From the NCBI GenBank assembly GCA_964187785.1, contig OZ076413.1, positions 58,032,001 through 58,096,000 on the forward strand: a stretch of 64,000 nt of DNA. Direction: 5' to 3'. The notes under the pieces were generated by a model. That model made no database searches and was not told the origin of the DNA. It saw only the letters and a program-made list of their open reading frames with translations. This DNA is from Amphiscolops sp. MND2022 (lineage: Eukaryota). Below, piece after piece: positions 55,256 to 64,000 of the stretch. Both the position numbers and the translations under genes were made by a program. The number at the start of each line of letters is the position of its first letter. Within the stretch, counting starts at the first letter, position 1.

Positions 55256-58200
55256 GGAGACTTTCAGTACAGTCTAGTGCTGGGGTTTCCAGCGTTGTCA
55301 GGATTTGCTTTTTGCCACAAGTCACGACCACCGGGCGTGACGGACCTCCTTCTTCTGAAGTCGAGAATACTCGTATTTGATCATCAGCGTCAGCAAAGTC
55401 CGCCGAGTTTGTGACAGAGGCGTTCCACGCCGCTTTCACTTGTTCTTCTGTTACTGCATTCTCAGGCACCATGCACTCTGATGCCGTGTGGCGCAATTCA
55501 CGCAGAATGGCGTTGTTCCTTGTTCTGGTGGTGCCGCAGGTACAACATCTTTATTCATGCCCTGAGGCTTCGAAGGGCAAATCCAATCACCGGCTGTGTT
55601 CGTACGACATGAGTTGACTGCTTGTTGTACCGGTTTCCGTGCTCGGTCTTTCAGAGGGCAATCTATCACAAAATGCGATAGGTCACCACAGTTGAAACAT
55701 GCTTGCTGCGGTTGCTGTGGAGGTTGCTGCACGTTGACGACTTGGGGAGCTGCTGCTGGTATCTGGTTTTGTTGACTTGTAATTACGGGTTGTTCTTGCT
55801 GCTGGGGCGCGGGTCAGGCCACGCATACGGAAGTATTGTTGTACCGTAAATCGTAGATCTTCCACTCTTGGAGGTGTATCCACGTATTGCTCTTGTGCGT
55901 ACATGAGTGCAAAGTTTCGCTTCAACTCGAAGCTGCGTATCCCTTCGATGAATCTCTGGATGATTTCATAGCGTCTCACCGTCACCTCCTCGTTAGGGAA
56001 ACCTTGGCTGCGCAAACCTTCGAGTACATCAAGATATCGCTGGTAGTCTTCATCATTGGATTGATTGCATCCATGGAGTGTGCGGAATTGTTGTTGTATT
56101 TGGACCTTGTTGGATCTCGTGCCAAATCGCCGCGCAAGCAACGCAGAGATCTTTACGTCCGTGTCCCGTTCGGCCTCGGATTTGTTCGTAATGTAGTCTC
56201 GTGCCTCGTTTTCTAGGAATTCAACTATGGACTACGGGTGGTCCATGCTCTGTCTAATGGAGTATCCTTCGCGTGTGCCTTCATCAGATAGCGGTTCATG
56301 AGCATTTACCAACCAGCTACTATCCCATCACGCGTACCGCCGTATTTGGTCGGTTTGTTTTTGATTTCTTTTTCCGCTAGCAGCGATTCCAGACCTTTGG
56401 ATATCGCGGTGGTTTTTGCTTCAGCCATTGCCTGACTGTGTATTGCTTTCGGAACGTTGTCCTTTGCACTTTCTTCCACCGTCTCTAGATTTAAGCTTCT
56501 TTTCGAGGTGGTTTTACTTTGCGTGCTGGAGACCAACGGTCTCAGTTGTACCTGGCTGGTGAACAACGCTGGTTGCTTCGTGTTGGGGTTCGAACAGGCG
56601 GCTGTTTGGTACTCGGTGTCTCCCTTTGTAGTCCTTGTTTTCCTGGTCATTAGGCCACTGGCCGCCGAGTAGTAATCTCCAGTTGTTGAGACACCTCTAG
56701 CATATGGATCGCATGAAAGAGGGCCGGATCTTTCACAACGTTGCAACTCGGTGTGACTAGCTGTTGCGACTTGAGTTTTTACGGGTAACCTCTTGTACGT
56801 TGCGGGTGGTTGCAACTTTGGCTGCGCGGTAGGGTTTTGATCCGCTCTGGCGTTGAGGTACTTCTTTATAGGTGGGTTGCTGGGGTGGAGATGCGATTGT
56901 AAATGATATGCTCGCAGGGTTTAGCGCCACCGGCACAGGAGAAGGACGACTTGGTACCGTCGCCACCACTGCTTTAACCCTTAGGGTTAAATCTTGAACT
57001 GTAGTCATGAGGTCCACCATGCGCTTGTCGACATCTAAGTCTCTGCGATGCATCGTTTCGGACATGATTTTCAGACGCTCATCAGCTTGTCAATCTCTCT
57101 GCGCCATCGTTATTATTTCCGACATGCGCTTTTCGGTCAGACTCTCTCTTTGTCTAATTAGATCTTTGATTGACGCAATTGACGATTCTAGCTTCTCTTG
57201 AAAAACGCGTCATTCCGCTTTTATTTCAATCAATGCTCGCGTCGGTTCCTCCACTTTCGTCATTAAGGTTTCAGCTCGATGAGGATAGTTGCTGTTTTCT
57301 TGAGTTAGTTTTGCCTGGACTGGTTTCAACCGGGCCATGCTCCGTCCAAAGTCTTCCTTTATGGCTTCAGTCTCCTTAATGCCACTTGTGATGGTCGAAT
57401 TTGAAGACGCTACGCGATCTGAGCCGGAATGTTTTGAAGTTGCTGTGCGTTCTAGTCGTAGCGTGCTGGGACCTAGCAATGGCGGTGTGGTGAAGGTATA
57501 GTTCTGGAGATTTACTTCTTTCCTTCTCGTCTTCCGGCCTTTTGAGGGATTTGGTTGGCTGGCGTGCGCGATTCGCGAGTTTCTTTCGACGTTAGATGCG
57601 TTATCTGACATGGCGTCGTCTAAAAACATGTTCGTGACCACGTAATCTATTGCTGCTTCGGCACGTGTACTAACCCTGTATAATTCCTCTATCTTGCTCG
57701 CGAATGGATTGGTGGCATGAAAGCCATTGGATTCCCCGGACCACTCATTCAAAGGTATCAATTATTCGCCTTCACTACAACTGATTGATTTTCACTCACT
57801 CTGACTTCCACATTTTAAACTGATCCACTTTTTTGTAGCTTTTTTCGTAGCTCTCTCACTCCTTCCCTCTAGAAAGATGAAGTTAAAGACAATTAATTGG
57901 AAGTCTTGGTATTGCACCTTCTAATACTCAAACTAAACTATTGCACCATTACGTTCTGGAGCTTGCAGTTCACGGTTACTTTCTCGGTTCTAAATCAAAA
58001 AGAGCTAACCCACAAACTATATATTCTGGATTACATGCACGGGTGCTAACCACCGCTAATTAAGCAAAAAGTTTGCGCTTCTCCAGCAGCTGGAGATAGT
58101 TATTCTATGAGAACAAAATAATTTTTTTTGAAGTAAAACTACTGAGATTATTACAGTTATCTCTCACTAATCCTACGCTTTGTCCAGCCACAAGCTAGGC

Positions 58201-60871
58201 AGTTGGATCCAACAGAAAGGTTTTGGCACCCTTAATGAGTTTTACGGTGATTTATTAAAGAAATCACGCTTTGCTCCCTAGGCGTATGCTAAGTCACTCG
58301 CACTGCCCTTCGGTTAGAGGGCACAAGTGGGGTTGCTACAAAAGGGGATGTTGGAAAATAGACCTTGGGGGTGAGTAGATGCGAGGATTTTTGCTAACAA
58401 GAGAGGTTTACTATTCAGATAGTAGCACGATCAGGGGAAGCACAAATCTTCACACTTCTAAATGCTACTATTCAGGCTGTTCTGTTTCGAGACGCGCTGC
58501 GTCCAAAGTCTAAGTTTCCTGGAGTACCCTTACACGCGTTTTAGCACTTGCACGGCGCTTCTAGGTTGGAGTGTGCGTGAATGCAACTGTGTTTTCGCAC
58601 TCAAGTGACTTTGGTTTCTATTGAGAGAGAAAACACTGTTTCCGTGTCTTCGCTTCTGCGTCTCGAAGACGGGTTTTATGAAGAACCCACGATCTCAGGG
58701 TTCAACTAGCTCAGTTCAAAGTTCTTCAATAGAACGTGCAATGGGTGGGTAGAGTATTACTAGGGTTGTTTTTGCCTTCGCTTTTAACTACATCCACCAA
58801 AACAGTGTGACTTCTTGCAAAATTTCAGAAAAGTATCAATTTTTTTGTCGATAAGCACGTCTGGGAAAAGTGAAAGTCACTTCTGGAGCTAATAGCGACC
58901 TGAAAATTTCACACCGTCTACTACAGTAGCCACATCGTGGGGAATTAACCTCCGATTGCGCTAAAATTAATTCTACTGGTAATACAGCTGTTCAACAATG
59001 TTCACTGAAAATTAAACTATGTCGTGAATATCGCAAAAGTTTGTCAAACTCGACTTCCAGGCGTCCTAACAACCTGAAATGTTGTGTGCGATCGTAACTT
59101 GTACTCATATATCATAATAACACGGCGGCGGGGTGCCCGGATCAATATCTGACGATCCGAAGTAACAAAACTGTGATGTACCCTAGGTACTAATTTTTCG
59201 GGCCAAAATTCACAAAAATGTCAATTTCTCCAAATTGGATTGTAGCAGGCTGTTCAAAATCCACAAATGGTCGGAATCTGGTACCGTATGCACAAAGTGA
59301 CAGAATTTTAGTGCTAGTATACCTGCAAGGTACTGCACTATGCTCAACTAAAATTCGATTTTTTCAACAACTTCGCACAATTTTTGGGCAGAACTGCGGC
59401 TAAGATTTCTCAATCACTAGTACTGGTAGCGCTACGAAAATTACACCACTAACGTAACTTTTTATGGTCTACACGATTGTGAAACTTGTTTTGAGCTGCT
59501 CCTACTATAGATTTTGACGTGTCTTAGGAACGCTATTCCAGTGTTCCGAAATTGTCACTGAAATAACACGTTTTTGGCTATTTCTCGGCAACTACTTGAG
59601 GGAATCACTCGCGGTTTTCTGCGTTTTCAACTTTTTACTTTACGCTAACGGAAAATAGGCAAGCAAAACCTGGCAGGTTCCACCTAAGGCCTCTCAAAAA
59701 ACTTTCAAGTTACACCATTTACACTCTTGGTACAATGTGAAAAATACGTGTTTTCCCAAAGAACTTTTTATTTCTCGGTTCCCAGATGTTCGGAATAGTT
59801 CTAAACATAACGCAACAAGGTGTAATAATTTTATTCAGGGGACTGGGGTCGTTTCAATTATTCGTTTTTTTAAAACTCTCAGGTCTATGGGGTCCTCTAC
59901 TCAGGTCTATGTATATAAATCAAAATCAAGGAGTAAAGTTTCAATTTTTTAGGGGAGGTTCAAAAACGCTGTGGCAGTAGTGTATCATACTACCAAGCTC
60001 AGGAACTATCGTTTTGGGTTGATCTAAAAGTTTGGGAACAATTGCTCAAGGCTTCGCCCTCACCAAGTTTGGTCCTTTCGACCAAATTCGATGTTTTTTC
60101 AACAAAAATCGCTACATTTTTCAATGTTTCAACAATTTAGCCGAACAAATTTTTCTGTTCCTGGCCTAACAAGTCTAGGGAAACATTTTTATTGTATTCC
60201 GACTAGCCGTATTCTATTCTACGAAATTTTGGCTTTCAAAATTAGCAAAATAGAAATTTGGGCGAAATACGTTGTAATTCTCTAAGTTTCCGCGGTCACA
60301 TTTTTTAACAAACGGTCCAAACACCCACAAGGTTTTTTTCCCAGTTAGTTTACTTAAGAATAAGCCTGGAATTACCCTTTTTAGGTTAGTAAGTAGGAAA
60401 ATTTGCAGATGTAACTCAATTGACGAGGGGATGCTTCAATCACAGGGGTGCAGGAGGTGTGGTCGTGTATGACGTCACGTCTTCGTGTCAGTTCGCGTGA
60501 AACTTCACTGCACGTCTTCTTGGTCCCCATACATTGCAACTTTGCTAAAATGAGGCTACAGAACCCTTTAAAACCAAATCCGGTGAAGCCGGATGGTTAA
60601 TTTTGACAAGCAGCAACGGTATTTATACGGTACTTTGCTATATATCAGTCATTTCTCATTTCAGACCCCGGAAACACTTAGGAAACGCAGAAAATCTACT
60701 AGTACAAAACTTGAAAGGCTAGAAAAAGGCAAAAACAACTAGGACCCTCTGTAAAGTTTTCCTAGATACGGACCTTACAGGGTCGTAAAGCAGGAAAAAC
60801 TCCAATTTTGACGCAAAATTGGAAAAATGTCCCTTGTGGGGCGCCATGAAAACTATCCTAGATGTAATCTG

Positions 60872-62610
60872 AAGCTAACAGCTACATTCTGAGAGCGGGA
60901 CAATGCCTATATTGCTACAACAAGAGACCAGTGTCTTACAACAACCTAAACATTAGCTTTTCGTACCGAAAAGGTCTTAGTAGGGACTTTCCATTTGTCT
61001 AAGGAGACTCCTCATATTAAAGCTCCGTGGCGACGCGCCGGCACATTCAATGTCCGGACACGTCCCACAAGCACGTAAAAACGTTCCTACAGGTTCCCGC
61101 GGTCCTACATACCTCCGAAGTCCAAAAACAGGTTTTCCGCTAAAGCACATTTCAATTAGTTGAATAACGGCTAAAATCAAGACCTGCAAGGTCCGACATT
61201 ACCAAGCAACTGAAAATCTGCAAGAACGCTTCAGAACAGCACTGAAAAAGCATTCTAAACAAATCTCAGCCATTTTTGAGTCTTGGGTACAACTCATACC
61301 AAAATGGTACTTTCTTCTTCATTCTCCTGTTCTGCTATTTTTGGGTCAGATGGCACAACACTGGGATATTCTCTCGTTTCAGCTTCTGGATGTCTTCGGG
61401 TGTCAGATTACACAAGATTTTCGGTGTTCGGGGTGGGGATTCAACATTCAATGTCCGGACACGTCCCACAAGCACGTAAAAACGTTCCTACAGGTTCCCG
61501 CGGTCCTACATACCTCCGAAGTCCAAAAACAGGTTTTCCGCTAAAGCACATTTCAATTAGTTGAATAACGGCTAAAATCAAGACCTGCAAGGTCCGACAT
61601 TACCAAGCAACTGAAAATCTGCAAGAACGCTTCAGAACAGCACTGAAAAAGCATTCTAAACAAATCTCAGCCATTTTTGAGTCTTGGGTACAACTCATAC
61701 CAAAATGGTACTTTCTTCTTCATTCTCCTGTTCTGCTATTTTTGGGTCAGATGGCACAACACTGGGATATTCTCTCGTTTCAGCTTCTGGATGTCTTCGG
61801 GTGTCAGATTACACAAGATTTTCGGTGTTCGGGGTGGGGATTGGGGAGTGGTGGGGGCTCTTTTTCCTTTTCTGAGTCCTTTTCAATTTCAACGACCTGC
61901 CAGGTCAGCCATTTCGACTTGCACATTTTCTGGTTCTTCATCGAATTTTCGGGTGTTGACTGGTGAACGGTACAAACAAAAGCTATTTGACTTACACTTG
62001 ATTGGTCTCAATTGATCTTCTCTGTTCCTTTCGAGACTTCTTTTTAACTTTTGATCATCTTCGTCCAGGGGGTGAATTGAATAACTTATGATGAATTTGA
62101 GGAGACGTCTCTTGGATTCAGCTGAGGGATTTAGTTCTGATAGATCAGCAAGAACAATGGGATCCTTATTTTTCCTCCTCGATATCAAATGTTTTCTGAC
62201 TTCGATTATCTTTATTCCGCACCTGTGTCCGTTGTCAAGGTGCTACCAAACTTCCGCTGACAAGGAACAATTCCGATGACATATCCTCCTTTGATTTCTA
62301 TGAGGATTTCAACCAAGTCTGCAACTGTGCAAGGGGTATTAGTGTTTGATGGATGGGGAGTGAGGGAAATGTTGACTACGTCGTGCCAGATGAAAAGTTT
62401 GTTTTTCAATGTTCCTTTCAGCAGATTTTGAAGGGTTTTATAGCGATTCTTGGCGTTGGGGTTCAGGGATAATCAAGGTATGGCTGTTATGCGCCGTCTT
62501 TCTCGAGCTCGTAGTCGGCTGCTTCTTTTGTCCTTCAGAGATTTGAACTGGCTGCTACGATTTAGATCATACAGTTCTGTCTCGCTGGGACTCAAAATTA
62601 ATCCCAAGAA
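60872..62610 (-). mobile_element. 5'-truncated LINE copy (RT C-terminus plus 3' region)
   Basis: IAFLGINF near 62600, then relic coding sequence running into the 3' region shared with 48459-49160. Confidence 0.65.
61043..61842 (+). repeat. 399-bp tandem duplication, period 401
   Basis: 61043-61441 is repeated at 61444-61842 with a CA junction. The ORF track shows identical peptides offset by 401. Confidence 0.95.
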
Positions 62611-63989
62611 ATGCAATTTTTTTCCTTGGGGACATCACTGAAAAATGCCGATCGACAATTTTAGCATCTTTCCAAAAGCTTTGCCCCGGGATCAAAACAC
62701 CAAAGAAAGATGAACTTATCTTTCTTGGTTCACCGCTCGGCACGAAATCACAAGCAGAATTATTGAAAAAGATAATCAATGAACTGGAAATTGTTAATGG
62801 AATTGTTGAAAAACTAGATGCGTACTATGGTTTTTTTATGTTGAAAAATGCATCGGTCTGCCAAAGTTGTTGTACTTCCTGAGAACCAGTACATGAAGTC
62901 ATCCAGCTTTCTTGAAAAAGTATGACAAAACCGTACGCGACGGGCTTTTTCAAAGTGTGTAATGTGAATTTCACAATTTTTCGAGTACTCAGCTGGCTCT
63001 GCCCGCTGAAATGGGTGGTCTTGGGGTGTCATCCGCATCATTATTAGCACTTCTCGACTTTTTGGCCTCAGCTTTTGGTGCGAGTGACTTTCTCACGACA
63101 ATTTTCTCGGACACTTTTGAAGATGTTTTGTTTACAAAAGCGCTTGAGAAATGGTTGAGTTTAATGAATGAACAATTGAAAACCCAGAAAAGTTGGACAC
63201 AACCTGTCTTCGTCAAATCCGCCCAAGATTTGATTTCTAGAATGGATGACAAACGTTCGAAAGTTTTCAACGCTCATCAAGGTAAATTTGGGTCTCAATG
63301 GCTGAACGTCGTTCCCTGTAAGAACCTAGGCCTGAATCTTGATGATCAGCAACTTCGGATTTCGATTGGCTTACGTCTCGGAGCCAACATTTGTGTTGCG
63401 CACAGGTGCCACTGTGGTAAAAGAATCGAACGGGACAATTTACACGGTCTTTCTTGCACCAAGAGTGCTGGTAGCGTCTCACGTCATGCTACTCTCAATT
63501 TTTCTCATAAAGCAGACGTTGGGATCTCTCGACTTGCCTTCAACGCTCGAACCGCGCGGACTGTACCGAACCGATGGCAAACGCCCAGACGGTTTTACCA
63601 TGATTCCTTGGGAAATGAGTAAACAGCTGGTGCGGGATGTCATGGTTGTGGATGCTCTTGCATCCAGTCGCCTGAATCAAGGCTCTTTATGTAACTCGGG
63701 AACCACCGCTAACGAGACTGAAGCGCGTAAAATTTAGACGTATTGCGAATTAATAGACAACGGATACTTTTTTCAACTGGTGGCCTGGGAAGTACAGGGT
63801 TCTTTAGGCGAGAGCAGTGAAATTTTTATCACGCGTCTCTGTAAAATGCTCTGTCGTTCGCACGACGATCAACGAGCTGGCAGTTTTTTGAAGCAGCAGA
63901 TTTCAATGGTTGTTCAGATCGGCAATGCGGCCTGTGTTCTAGGAACTGTGAGCGACAGAGATGCGTTCGAAGAAATTTATTACATATAG
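62610..63989 (+). mobile_element. 3' part of a CRE-type (RLE-encoding) non-LTR retrotransposon, degenerate
   Basis: RT end FLGSPLG and LP..MGGLG; WL.VVP...GL.L; CHCG..H.LSC zinc motif; RH..LN; EP.GL...DGKRPDG...PW...L..D..VVD restriction-like endonuclease. Frameshifted. Confidence 0.85.
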
Positions 63990-64000
63990 TTTTTTTAATG

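Larger units (their letters stand above)
49374..57761 (-). mobile_element. Decayed and rearranged Ty3/Gypsy element lacking recognisable RT/RNase H
   Basis: Gag relics (LARRFG..QQQF..QRFIEG), zinc knuckle CFNCGDLSHFVIDC and integrase relics at about 52200-50900. PPT-like AAAACGGAAGAG at 49388-49377 precedes TGTAG at 49374. No matching 5' LTR was found. Confidence 0.75.

Noticed and set aside
58420-58800. 5' LTR or PBS for the 49-58 kb Gypsy
   Set aside because: The TGTAG start at 58792 does not match the candidate 3' LTR at 49374, and no CA-TGG junction was found.
48459-61974. The about 700-bp direct repeats as LTRs of the intervening Gypsy
   Set aside because: They lack TG...CA ends, PBS and PPT. 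The second copy continues into LINE RT-like coding sequence.

Overview
AT-rich eukaryotic (metazoan-type) genomic DNA with spliceosomal introns, a TTAGGG tract and dense transposable elements. The species cannot be determined from the sequence alone. (1) 374-8481: an apparently intact Polinton/Maverick (adintovirus-like) gene block with packaging ATPase, retroviral-type integrase, pVII-like core protein, major capsid, adenain-like protease, minor capsid and accessory ORFs. No pPolB or TIR is visible, so the element probably continues left of the window. (2) 9328-10486 (-): a spliced gene with an SGNH-like domain and a (TTAGGG)n tract in one intron. (3) 12-26 kb: decayed Gypsy elements, MITE/HINE-like repeats and a 212-bp near-perfect palindrome. 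(4) 26244-35449: a young full-length BEL/Pao LTR retrotransposon (411-bp LTRs, ACTTT TSD, intact 2140-aa polyprotein). Its LTRs carry a tRNA-like Pol III-type module, and its leader carries two tandem arrays and an extra SGNH-like ORF that resembles the spliced gene. (5) 35570-40207: a 6-exon D-amino-acid/D-aspartate oxidase-family gene starting 120 bp after the BEL 3' LTR. (6) 42-64 kb: hAT and LINE relics, a rearranged Gypsy with an inverted OARD1-like macrodomain segment, and a CRE-type non-LTR 3' portion. All protein family calls come from motif recognition by eye, not from database searches.
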